64,000 nt of DNA from Takakia lepidozioides (Eukaryota; Plantae; Bryophyta). The notes beneath the pieces were generated by a model. That model did not search any database, had not been told where the DNA came from, and was given only the letters and a program-made list of their open reading frames with translations. Both the position numbers and the translations under genes were made by a program. This document shows positions 48,614-61,614 of the stretch, piece after piece (position 1 is the first letter of the stretch; each line of letters opens with the position of its first letter). The stretch lies in the NCBI GenBank assembly GCA_030704615.1, contig CM060731.1, positions 28,458,001-28,522,000 of the forward strand. The letters run 5' to 3'.

Positions 48614-51600
48614 TGCCAGAATTTGGGTCGTGTGACCCTTATTTATTGGCATCCGTACAAGATAGACATGACAAGATAAGTTAGAGCCTTCGTGTTTCCC
48701 AACTTGGACTTTAGAAGTTCTCAGAAAGGTCGTTGTCGACTCTTGCGAGGCTGGTTGGCCAAGTAATTGAATCTGGACTGCTGTCTGTGCTCTGCACACT
48801 TTGCTTGGTCAAGGTGCTTCCTGACCTGCAGTTTTGGTAATGGAATTGGTCCGGATAATACATTATGATAAATTTTCTATTTTTGATTAGATATAGGTAC
48901 CCTCAGGGTAAGGTATAAATACCTCTTGTTTCCACTCATAAATGTATTCCAACTGTATTTACCCTTGGCTTTTTGTATGATGGATAGGTTGAAATCCAGG
49001 ATATAACTAATTTACTATACACCCTGTATAATACCCTTGGATAAATGACACATCACAAGAGGTATATAGCAGATGTTAGCCCTAATGCACAGCCAGGGTG
49101 CTATGCAGTCATGAATTTCCCACGTCCATGTGCATATAGGTTAAATATACCTTTGCTTATCATATACCCTCACGTTAGTTTTTATACCCACCATAGGGTA
49201 GTTTACAGTACACTTTTGGCTCGAGTACCTTGTAAGATCGAGTATTCCACCTATTGCAGATGCTCTTCTGTTCGTATCTGTTCGGAAGCTGGATGAAAAG
49301 TAGGGTGGTTGGTATGGCTGATTAAATGTACCTAAAATTAGCCAAGGCCCTTGTCTCATTCCAACAGTAACCTAATCACTCGGGGTGGCTGCTGATGTGT
49401 GGAAGAAACTTAAAGAAATCCGGCAGCCAATAGGAGGCCACCATTTGCCATTCCAGATTAGCCCTTCTCTTAATATAAAAAGCGGATGGCTTATGCCAAA
49501 CGCATGATGTTTTGGGTGCTCAGAACCGTGTGCCTGGCATTTGGATGATTTGCACTTGATACCCCTGCATGTAATTTGATTGGCCCACCTGTGAGACTCC
49601 TCTAGTGAGAGATCCTCCCCATCTAGCTTGGTGTGCTTTACTGGCTATTTCCTCGCTTTAGCGCCCAAGCATACAGAGGAAAAGGGAATATCCCCTGGGT
49701 AGAGAAATTAGTCTTACAACCTAGAGAAAACGTTGGTTCGACCAACTAAAAATGCAGTGGCTGTGCATGTGGAAGGGTGGAAAGGGGGGTGTCGACTCTT
49801 GAGTTCAGACTCCTTTCTGGGCTCGGTCCTTAGAATAATTTGGCCATTACTGCAGTGCTCCCACAGACTATGTTCGAATCTGCTTCTCTCTTTCCATGGA
49901 AACTCTAGTAGGGAATTCATAAATGGCCCATGCACATCTCGTGTCCAGTGTTTCAAGTATGACCCTACTGGTAGAAAGAATTAAGCTGACCCAACAAGTC
50001 ATAATTTTTGCTTTGAAGCACATTTGCCGGTATGATGCCCCGGATGTTCTTCCGCTACCAAAAATCAAGAAGCCATATTCAAGCGTTTCCCAAAGAACTC
50101 AATTGGGACAGCAGCAACAGGAGGAAACTCGTGAGCAGGCTCTATGAATGTCATTGTACATACATGGAAAGCAGAAGTAATATGATTTGGCAAGAAAACT
50201 ACATAGTATCGGGAGTGGGGTCGGGACAATTCAGGCATCATGACATGATGCAATTCGTAGCGACATGGACAAAGCATGGTGGCGACCGGTTGGTGACAGC
50301 CGAAGTTGCTAGTGCAGGTAGAGGATCCACGACTTCTAGATCTTCAGGATTCCGAGCATCGCCTAGTTAACCACACTATTAATTGAATGCGAAAGAATCC
50401 TTACCGATAGCAAATGGGATTGACATGTGAGATCATGACCTCACAACAGCAAAGGACCAGTTATGATGGTCAATCAGGCACATAAATACACAGATACACA
50501 AATACACCTACATTCCCAATACGTCAGACAGATTTGCGAATTTTGCGTTCCTTGGTAGCCTGCCATCTGCTTACTACACACTAAATCTCTACAGCAAAAT
50601 TTGGTGGTGCCCACACTCAGCGTGTACTTGCTATCTTTGAGCCAAACAAATCTTTCCTCCTGCACCTCATAAGCAAAGACCGTTACTTTTAACAAGCTAG
50701 CCGATTTGTACGCTATTAAGCTTCCATGACCATCATCATCATCATCACCCCTAGTTGAGCTCCGCAGTCCGCTCCCTCTGACAAATTCACCCCGCTAGCC
50801 AATCGTTCCACACCGACGTGACAAAACCCCAACTCAATTATCCGGTATCTCTCATAATTCCACCCCTGCAACTGCAACGAGTTGCATGCCCAGTTCATCA
50901 GCCACACATTCATCACTCCTTCCTTGGATCCGAGTTGAAATGCAACATAGATTCATCAATTCAATACAATTCTACAGCTTCCATGGTCTTCTCCCCAAAC
51001 CTGTGGAGCGGGCCCCACGGGAGGCCTCTCCCGCTCTGCAAAGGGCACGACAATCGGCGACAGTCACCGCGTCTGCCGTCTTTAATGGAGCGCGCCCGGA
51101 AAAGGGCGGCATTAACACAAAAGGCGGAGATGTTACGGGAGGGCGCAGCGAAATTCATTACCGTGGCCACGGATGCACTGGTCCGCCCTGCCACGTGCCT
51201 CGCAACAAACTGCGCTCGCGGCCTGCACAGCGTCGTCTCTTGCCGCTCACCTCGCACAGCGAATGTGCGCTCACGCTCGCTTGCCGGCAGCGTCTGATGC
51301 GAGCTGCGAGTCTTGAGACTGTCGGGCCGCAAACGTGTGACTGGGGATCTGCTCCGATCTCGAGAAGCCGAGTATATGTTTGGAGAGTGTTAGCGTCTCT
51401 TGTTTGGTGGCCGTGGGTAGCGTGTATGAGTGGAGAGGGTACAGGGGGGCCCATTATTATGATTTGGAAGGGGAAACATGTTGATGGATGTTTGAGGATA
51501 TGATAAGGTCTGGGGAAGGTTTGTTTATTTAGGGGATTTTAGTCTCGTTCCGTCCGAAGGAGAAACTGTTGGTCTTGAGAGGATCTGTAGAAGCTATGGA

Positions 51601-53069
51601 GGGCCTACGTTATCATCTTGCAAATATGTAACGGGGAAGAGTTGAAAAGGAGCAGTTACTAATAATTATTTCTGGGAAGCGTTTGAGGGAGACGAATGTG
51701 TATTTTATTGCATATTGAAGAGTGAGATCTTATCGGTGGGGTCTTAGCTGTGAGCAAAGGAGTACTGGCAAGGGTTGGAGCGTCAGTGCATTAGTATATT
51801 ATACGGAGGAAACACGGAGTGAGGATTTTCCCTGTCGTTGTGTTGCGGGACAGCAGTGTAGGCTGTTGCGCTTTTTAGTGCCTAGTCCCTTCCGAGAGAG
51901 CCGAGTTATGCTCCATCGGCTGAAGCAAGGCGTTCTTTGCGTTTCAACTTCGTATTTTTCTCCGGCTGGTTATGCCCTGGATTGGTCAATGGTGGAGAAG
52001 ATAGGTACATCAACGTTTCCTAAGTGATATATGATAAGGGCCAGAGTGAAAGTGCACAGTAATCTGCCGAAATTGTTCAATTGGCACAGTTGAACATCAA
52101 ATATTCACAATCAACTGCAGCTGTCACGAAAGTCTTCTATCATCGCTGTGGCTTTCCTGGCAGTCTGCATGTTGAGATCTCCAGTGTTGCAAGTCTCTCT
52201 TAAGACGCTGTGTGAGATGTCGTTCACGTCTTCTCGTGTAGGAACGTGAAAACCCGTAGTTATGCCGATGGCTTTGGCTCGGTCTTAATTTTATGGTGGA
52301 AATTGCGGAATGCTGTACGACACAAGGCTGAGTTTTGAATCCACAATCCGATCTCAGCCTTCGGATTTATGAAGCTTCTATTTATGTTTGCAGCCTCTAC
52401 TGTCGTAAAGCAGCTGTTAGTTCCCAGCATTTCTTTGTTTGACCTTCTTACAATCCCTTAATTACATTGTCATTTCGTGTTTAAGCATGTTTTGAATGCC
52501 TACACAGGAAAAATTGTTCTATGATGACCTGAAATCCAATCTGTAGATCTGTGAAAGCTCTGGAAAACCCCGGTGTGCACAATGCCTGTGCTGTTAGGAA
52601 CTCGTTCTGGTATCCACTGGTTACTGGCCACCTCAGCTCCAATGTCTGTATTCATGCACATATTGTTGTTTTAGTACGGTCTAGGCTCCAGTTGGCCCGC
52701 ACTCATTCAATCCTTGAGCAGCTAGAGAAGCTACGGAAGGCGAGTAGGCGTTCAGATGATATTCAGACCGATGTGTCAACTTTTCCCAGATCTACTTGCA
52801 ATGAACGTACTGCCATTTGGGCACTGCTAATTTGGTTAACAGTGCTAAAGATTAGCCAGTGAACGTTTGCAGTCACTGGAGCATGACTCTTTTACTAAAA
52901 GTCTAAGTTCATTTACTCTACAAGTGGACTAGATCTGGAGTAGATCAGTCACTTCGTTTATGCTGTTCGCCTAAGATTGTTGTATCGCTCTTCTGCAGGG
53001 TAGCAAGCTCCTACAACTTTGACCACATTTAAGTGAGCAATTACATTGTCCTCGTAGAAGAGGGGAATC

Positions 53070-56000
53070 ATGGTGCCCAAGCCATTGCCAATGATAACAG
53101 GGCTGCCCTTGAGCTCAGAGGACTATGGTGAACAGCACCAAGATACGGATGAAGAACATTCCTCGGATGTATTGACAGATTCGGAAGACGATGGGCTAGA
53201 TTTCGCTGAAGTACCAAAAGAATTTGAACAAGTGGTGCCTCGATCATTGAAGCGAACCTATGGGCTCCTGGTTGACGGTGTGGTTCCAGATCGCCGACTG
53301 AAGAGCAGGCTTGATGAGCAATTAGGTTTTCTGCGGGCAATCATACCCAAAAGCTACCCTGTGAGTTCAACTTTCGATGCTTCAACTTGCATTCCAGGCC
53401 AAAACTTAATGAAAGATTGTACTCATAAGACGTTGTTTGCCGTAGCCTTGTGGCCATTGACCCCGCGCCCAGTTTGAGCGGGAACAAAAGGGACAGAACC
53501 TACCTCTGTCAGGGGCTGACGTTGGTAGTAAGACTTACCTCCATATAAAGAATTAATCCGGGTTTTCCAGATATCCTCTAGAAATCCCTTCACACAAGCA
53601 TCAATCTGCTGTGTGTGATTTGCCCAAAAACTAGGCCTCAGGAGGGCCTGGGCTTTTGGCTCAGCCTCGAGACTTTCAAAGTTGGTAAACAGGGGTACAG
53701 GCACAATTCCCTTAATAGATTTGAAGAGAGCGTCTCTTTGGTGAGAGAACCCCGGACAGTGTATCAGAAAATGAATACTGTCTTCAGATTGCCCACACAA
53801 CGGGCAATTGCACTCTCCCTTTCCTCTCTGCTTCTGTTTGCTGTTCAAAGGTAGGCTTCCTGCCCTGAGTTTAAAATTTCAGTCTAGTGCCGAGAGTGGG
53901 TAGACCCTTGAGGTCATCCAAGATGTCCTCCCCCATGTCACAGACTGGAAACAAGTTCAGGGAAGTTTTCTGCCTAACTTCATTTTCATCAGACAATCTC
54001 ATGGCAACAGACATGGCTGAGGACACTACAGCCTCTAAGTCAGATTTATCCAGCAGGGTCAAGACTTGCGGATCCAGGTCCAGGTCCTTGAGGATCTCTT
54101 CTACTCTCTTCTGCCAGGACTTAGCCTGTTTGACAGGGCGGTCCTGTTTCCAAGATATAGAGTCGATTAATTTAGGATATCTGGTGTTGGGCATATGTTG
54201 CAGCTGACCCCACCATCTGACCTTGAATTCATCTCGTCGGGAGCTTAAGGACGGAATGCCAAACTCACCCCGAACAGCCACATTGGCTGTTTTGGAGCAT
54301 GCTGACATACACTCCTTAAGCACCCCCACTTGAATGGATTCTAGAGACTTAGCCTGGTTGGAGTTATCAACCCATATAGCAGATCCGTACTCCAAGGCAG
54401 GTCTAATAACGCGACAAAGCATGGTTTTCTTAACCTCAGAGTTGACCCCTCTGCAGTGGAAAAATTTAGTGAGCCCCAGAGCTTTGCCCTTGCCAGTTTG
54501 AACAACTTTCCGGATATGTGCATCCCAATTACAATTGGAGGAGAACTCAACGCCCAGGTAAGTGTAGGAAGGGAGGACCGGGATCTCTTGGCTACCCCAC
54601 TGCCACTTAAGATCACTTCCTCCCTCTCCTCTGTTGTTGAATGCTACCACTGCACATTTGCTGACATTAGCCTCTAGCCCCCAAAGATCAAAGTATCTCT
54701 TCGCGCAATCAATCAACTCCTGGAGATTGGTTGGAGTCTCCCCTATGCCTGCGAAGTCATCCGCAAACATAAGGGCTGGTATGGTGGTATCACCCACCCT
54801 TAACCCAAATCCCTCACTTTCCACATCCTCGAGGAGTTGATTGATGAAAACATTGAAGAGCAGAGGGGAGAGAGTACATCCTTGAGCTACACCTTGGTCT
54901 GTGTCAAAAAAGTTGGACTTCTGTCCGTTAACAGTGACACAGCTTTTGGTGTGAGCATACAAGTTGTGGACAACTCTCCACATCTTTCCCTTGATCCCAC
55001 AAGACCAGAGGCGGAACCATAGGCCATCTCTCCACACTGTGTCATAAGCCTTCTTGACATCCAGGAAAAAGACATAAGTGGGTTTCCCTTGTTTTTTCCT
55101 TCCCTGGATAATCTGGTTAAGAGTGAAGATATGATCCACACAGCCCCTGTTTCGCCGAAAGCCAGCTTGGCCTTCGTGGAAACAACCTCTAGACTCCAGA
55201 TCAACCTCGAGACGAGTACTTATAACTCTGCAGAATGTCTTGCCAACAGCATTGAGGAGCGTGATGCCACGGTAGTTCCCCGGTTCTTCTCTGTCACCCT
55301 TCTTGTATAGATTGACAATGACCCCCTGTCGCCAGCGAAAGGGGATCATTTCAGTCTTCCAGATAAGGTTAAAGAGGAGAACTAGGGCCTCTATCATGGG
55401 ATCGCCACCGTGCTTGATAAGTTAGTCCACCAATTAACTGCTCTACCGCAGACAATTAGTTTCCTCCCAATGATCTTGTCAGCCACGGAGGAAACGAAAC
55501 TCTCCCAAGAGTCCACTGCTCTTTCGACTTCATTTCTTGCGTTAACAGAGCGTGACTGAAGTTCTTGGAGCGATTGGACAAAATGAGGGAGAGCCTCTTG
55601 CAAGGCCTGGACGTACTCAGCCTTGACCTCTTCATTGTGGAATTTTTCTATGCGCCACTTCCGAATCGAACGTTTCACAGATCTCTTGGTGGTGGGAAAA
55701 CACCTTTTGATCTCAGTCCAAACCAGGAAGTGGTCAGAGGTACCAATATCAGTTCTGTCGATCAACACATTGGCACACTGGGGGAACAAAATTTTGTCCA
55801 TTATGATATAGTCCACAATGGAACGTTCCCCAGTTTGGGGTTTCACACGAGTCACTGCACTTGGTCACCTCTTGTCCTGTTATTCAAGGTCAAAAGCTGA
55901 AGCTCTTCTAGACAGTTAATTAACCGTCTGCCATTAGAATTCAGCTCGTCCTCACCAAAAGGTCCAATGATATCGTCCTGATGGATCCCTTTGCCCACCC

Positions 56001-57892
56001 GGGCATTGAAGTCCCCCAATAGTACCACCTGACCTTTGGCAAGGAACGAAGCACAGTCCAGCTTTACATCTTCGAAGGCCTTGTCTGCGTCAGCACTAAG
56101 GGTCCCCTCTGTGGGCATGTAAACACAACCAACAAAGAGGTCCTTTGTACTCATGCCGCCCTTCAAATCAGTTTTAGCCAGATACTATGCTCAAACCCTT
56201 GTTGATAATTTCACAAACTTAATGAAAGAGAAGGGGGATAATGACAGGGTGTGGGTTCAGAGCTGGAGACAGTTGTGCGGAAGCCCTCCAGGGTACAACA
56301 TTTTGTATTTAGATACAATGATTCCCTTCTCCACACAACTGAGGGTGGGTACAGTGTGCTAATATGTGTGTATGGGGGTTTGTGAGAGCCTCACGAATAT
56401 GCAATTTCAACTGTGACAGGATGAAAGGAATTCAGTTCTATTGGATGCTTACAAGTACATAGAGAAGTTGCAAAGGCGTGTCAAGGAGCTTCATTCTGAG
56501 CTTGTTGCAGACCTTCACACAGCCAGGCTTAGGGCAATGGCTGTTGCCTCTCGGACAAGCTTGCCTGCCAGTCAGTGTCCATGCCAACACCCTACGGTGA
56601 GTATTTCTGAACCGACTTTCAGAGATGTTGTTTTATGATCCTTGTCTTTGCTACAACTGGTTCTGGACTGTTCTGATCATTACAAATCTTTTTAACCCCT
56701 GTCAAGCAATGCACACCTGGGAGCCTCCAATATTGTCACACTATGGATGTCATAGGCATGCCAAAGTATGATCTCTCTTGAAAAGAGGGAGGCAAAAATA
56801 GGTAAGACATCAGAGACATTGCAACCATAATTTGTATTAAACTCTTGGAAGTTTGTGGGGGTGTTTATGCTAGCAATTTAAATTATGTTTCTGAAATAGG
56901 TGGAGGTGACACGGAAGGAGGAAGGGCTGAAAGTACACATTGTCTGTGACAAGCGTCCAGGCCTCCTGGTGGCCATCATGGGTGCACTGGAGTCAAATGG
57001 AGTGAACGTGGTTCAAGCCAGCTTTTCATGCTACCCCCACCTTGTGTTTGAGGCCGTCAGCTTAGAGGTACCACTTTACTGTGAACCCAGGAGAGTCTCT
57101 CTACCTCTCTTTTTCTCTTTCTGCTGTTGGTCCTCCTGTAGTTCTCTCTCTCTCTCCTGTCACTTCAGGTGGGGATCAGCCTCAACTTAAGTGGCTTTCA
57201 GCTCATGACTAACTCACTTAAAAGCCACTCCAGTAGAGGAAGGTCAAGTCCCAGTACTAGAGCAAACCCTTAGCAATGGGGGTGCTGCATTCTCTGTTTA
57301 ATCCAGGAGGCCCTCCCTGTGTGGCAGTCTGTCAGTCAAGTGTTATTTTGTGGGCACCTCAATTAATCTGCTACCTTCCCATGAGTGCACACATGAGCTT
57401 TGTCCTGATTGAGTATTTATTGCAAGTTGATTTCACATCCTTGATTGGTATCCTGCTAGTTTTAGTAAGATTTGGTAGCATTTAACATTGTGACACTCTA
57501 GTTTAATAATGTTGATGCTAAAAGTCAGGGGAGTTTTTGTTGTAAGTTATTGCTGTAAGTGACTAAAAAACAAATCTTTTCACCCTGCATGAAGCTCTTT
57601 TGAGTTATAGCCTTTACTACTCTTTCACTGCTGAATTCCTCACATGGTTTTTATGTTGGACTTCTGTGCAAAGAGGGAGAAGCCTTTGTTTGTGAAAACC
57701 AATGTGCATTAGAAATCCTATCTGTCCCAGGTTGTGAAGAAGTTTTCTTTCATAATATAGACTTCATGGGCATTGCAGGGTGAAGAAGATGACGAAGGCA
57801 CTGTGCGTATTTACCCAAGAGTACCAGAAGAAGATTTGAGAACTGCCCTTATTCATGCCATCAGTCAAGGAAGAGCAGACTCTGGATCATGA
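53070..57892 (+). CDS. bHLH + ACT-like domain transcription factor, 249 aa; exons 53070-53360, 56420-56596, 56900-57067, 57779-57892
   Basis: All introns are GT-AG, phase 0. HLH: RLDEQLGFLRAIIPK/DERNSVLLDAYKYIEKLQRRVKEL. ACT-like: VEV...HIVCDKRPGLLVAIMGALESNGVNVVQASFSC. In-frame stop upstream of the ATG. Confidence 0.88.
53415..56216 (-). mobile_element. 5'-truncated non-LTR retrotransposon (APE + RT + CCHC) in intron 1 of the bHLH gene
   Basis: GDFNARVG, DYI, SDHFLV; QAGFR, DVKKAYDTVW, QGCTLSP, FADD; CPLC..HFLIHC; TSD aaacttaatgaaaga at 53402 and 56215. Confidence 0.92.
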
Positions 57893-58736
57893 TGAAGCTG
57901 TACAAGATTCGAGAGGTATATGACCATGAAATCCATTTGATGAATCAATGTTTATTCTGCTTCAGGGAAGGAGGTCATGACTAGTGCAAATTGCATCCAT
58001 ATGTGTATTTACAGAGGTATGAATGTCTCAGTGAAGACTTTATTGGCATACAGAAGGTTGGAAAGGAAAGTGAACATCCAAAAGGAGACTTCCAAGTAAC
58101 ACTCAAAGTCTAATGAGTTATGACAAAGAGTACTCCAGATAGAGTAATGTAACTACATAGGGCAGCGCTGCCTTTTATTTTTCAATCTATTGAGTCATGG
58201 CACAGCATGGAATTGTTAGTCAGTATCCCCATTCTGATCCAAATTTGAGTGATGTTACATTGTAACACACTCCTTCAAATATAGTTATAATCTACGCAAT
58301 TGTTGGGGATTGACTACCTAGTTAAGGAATTCCACTAGTCTTTTTGCAACCTGGGACATGCTTTGGCACAGATGGACAATCTTGGAGGGTGATCATCTTG
58401 GAGGGTGATCGTCTGTCACCTAGTTTTGCCAGGAAGCAACAAAGTTGGAACCATGCAAGCATGTAAATATGACTGAAGTTGACACTGCACTGCCAAATTT
58501 TGTTTATAGAATTGATTCTTGTAAGTGGCAGTCGACTGACACTGATAATAAAAAAAATCCTAGCATCTCTCTTTATTATAACTATTATCTGGAGGGGGGC
58601 TATCAGTAAGAGACTTTTGTTATTTCAGGTTCTCCATATGTTACCAGATCTATATTTCTCAACCGCCTCTGGCCCTCCTCAATTGCTTGATGTACTATTT
58701 TATGAGTGGACTTTTTACCCTGAGCAGAAGTACTAA

Positions 58737-59077
58737 GAGCATGGCCAGCAGCGGCCATTTCAGGCATGCCAACTCCATTCTGCCGTGGCCGGCGGTTTCG
58801 GGGCTCTCCCCGCGTCCACAGCAGCACCCCACCATTTATAGTGCCGGCCGTCTCGCAAATCCGCACTTCAACCATGGCATCTAGAACTACATTGCCGTCC
58901 CCCAAACCCCCCCTCTCAGCCTGGCGCGCATCTCAGCTGTGCGCCCAGCGGGGAGGGGGGGTTTCGCCGTGGGAGGTTGACATGCTGCTGGCCTTCACAC
59001 CAGCTGCCACACTGCTGTGTGGGCACCGGGCAAAAAATGGGCTAGTATAATGCCGTTGGCCACTGCTGGTCATGCTC
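58737..59077. mobile_element. PIF/Harbinger (Tourist-like) MITE, 341 bp
   Basis: 21-bp TIR gagcatggccagcagcggcca (2 mismatches); TAA TSD on both sides. Confidence 0.88.
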
Positions 59078-61614
59078 TAACCTCATGGAGTTCCTTTACT
59101 CAAGGTTTGACCCCTTTGTCCATCAATGGTGTTGTTTATAATTGGTGACAGCCAATTGAAAGCTTACACCGCTCTGGCTCTCTGCTGTAATCATTGGGTC
59201 ATTTGTTGGATACTACTTTATATACTCCTGCCTCTCATTTTACAATAATTGGGACGTTGTGGCGCACGCACGCACGAGCTGACCGGTGGGCCCCGTGCAA
59301 GAACGCCCGACTCCCCCGTCTGCCCGCCAGTCCGCTGCCTGCGAGTCTAGTTCCCCTCAGTCCGCCAAACTGCTAGTCTGCTGTGCACGCCAGTCCGCTG
59401 TGCCAGTCCCAGCAAGTCCACCCAACGGTCCGCTGTGCCCGTCTGCTGCCCCCAGTTTGCCAGTCCGCGCCGGCCGAAGGATTTGGATCGTCCATTCTGA
59501 GAAACTCATCCGCGCCATTCATGTTTAGGGCATGGAAGGTCGTAACATCCTGCCACGAACTCGTCCACTCGTTCTTGTTGTCTCGTTCTTGCGGCTCTTT
59601 GTTGTCCAATGTTGCGGAGGTGACTTTGCACGCATGCAGCTGTTCTTCTTGTTTTTAATGACGATGAAGGGTGTGCCTGAACATGAGAGGGCTGGCGGGG
59701 CTCTACAGCCACCATCGTGCATATGCTTCCACTATTTTCGCCTTCGTTTTGTGCTGACGTGCTTATTTTTTAGGACGATATGTGGAAAAATTGCATGCGT
59801 TTACGGTTTGTGGTGTGTGTCCGAATCCGAGCTCCTTCGTATGGAGCAGGAAACCATTGGTAACACGATAGCGGAAATCGCGGAAGCATATGAACCCTAA
59901 ACAGACTGTCGGTGATAAGCCGGAGGAAGGTGGGGGCGTGTATACATTACAAAATTTATGTCCACCGATGAGACTGTTCAGGGGAGGACGTCTCTGCCAC
60001 CACATGTCTGGGAACTGCGGAGAGTGTGAACGGAACAGGATCCAGTCCGAAGGTCCTCAAACATCCAGATGCACCTCTTGAAACATCACTTAACCACTAC
60101 CGTCTCCTGGAAAACTGGACAATGGGAAAAGAGACGTAGCCTGAGAGATGTGGATTCACGTTGCTTGTGGATGTTTGAGGTCCTTACAACTGCAAATGCG
60201 CCTGGATCAACAGGCTCTTCGACTGCGTCTTTGTCAATAATTTCTCTAAGCAGTGTGTTGTGCCATGAGTATGGGCATATGCAAGTCTACTGGACGGATG
60301 AAATGCAACCACGGCATGACGGCGACACCAAGCGTGGTTCTGATGGGATATCAGTTTGGTCTGTTGGACTGTTGGTCTGTAAGGATACAAGTCTGGTGTG
60401 GCGCGAGTATGTTCTTCACTGGACTATTAGGCCGTCACTGCCTGCCGAATTCCGAAGTGTCTTCTCTCGTCGGTCTGTTGAACCGTCGGTCAGCTGGAAG
60501 TCCGTCTCTTTGGATATGAGTCCGTTTAACTACTACTATTTAATTATCCGCATTGCCGTGAGTCTGCTGAGCCGTCAGACTGCTGGTCTGTCCGTCTCTT
60601 CCCCGGGGGGTGCACTTCTCATTAAATGTATCAGCCACGTGCGTGCACAGGAGGGGGTATTTTAAACCCCCCCATGTACAACATTATACATACAGAGGGG
60701 GGTTTAAAACACCTTAAATATAATTTTACAGGAGGGGGTTGTTGAGTTTTTAGGGATAGTGTAGTGGTAAGAATGGCGATTCCGCCGCGATGCATCCCGG
60801 GATCGAATAGTGGAATCGTCGTTTTGTATGTTTTTTTTTTTTTTTTTTTCGCTCCACGATCTTTCTCCCCTGACCTCCCCCGGCTTCTCTTTCTTTCTCC
60901 TCCTCTCCCCGCGTTCGCCTTCCCTTCCGCGGGCTTTCTCTTTTTCCTCCTCTCCTCTCCCCTCCTCTCCACAGGGCATGGTAGGACAATGTGGTGAGGG
61001 CACCAGAATGTGGTGAGGCACTGACTTGGGAGAAGGTTTGAGGTTGTGATGTATGTAGAGGGCAGGAATCGAAGGGATGAAGTAAGTGCGCGGGAATGTG
61101 GGGCAGGCCTGGGCTGATCGGTGATGATATGCGGTGTGTGGTGGCGGATTGTTGTGCAGCAATGACAGGAGGACATGGGCATCAAGATTCCCAGTCATCA
61201 GAGGTAATGAGCACATTAGGCCTATTTTCTTTCCTAATAATGATTGGCCGTGACACAATGGTTGTACTCACTGTATCAGGCCTATTCTCATCCTTATTGA
61301 ATCCAAACAGCCAAGGGACAAGATGCCCCTAAGTGTACAGAACCTGAACGTCCTGAATCTGAAGGATTTGGTACTCAAGAGTTTACACAAGACGAGCAAA
61401 ATCTACACATGGGGTAACTGTCCCCCCTTTGCAGAACGGTTGGGGCGTCCAGGAGCAATCCCAAGCTACCTAGACGACAAACAATTCACATGCAAAGGGC
61501 TGGCTTGCGGCTGGCCACTTTCAACTTCTCAGGGCTTACTAACCAAAGGAAACAACTCGAAGTGGGACAAGTCCTTCGGACTAATGATATTCATATTTGT
61601 GCTGGGCAGAAACA

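Noticed and set aside
44600-52900. Short ORFs, possible exons or miRNA precursors
   Set aside because: No recognisable domain, consistent exon chain or conserved miRNA could be supported by eye; a gene or UTR here is not excluded.
59220-60620. GC-rich island with broken ORFs
   Set aside because: Possibly a transposon remnant, but no termini, TSD or domain identified.
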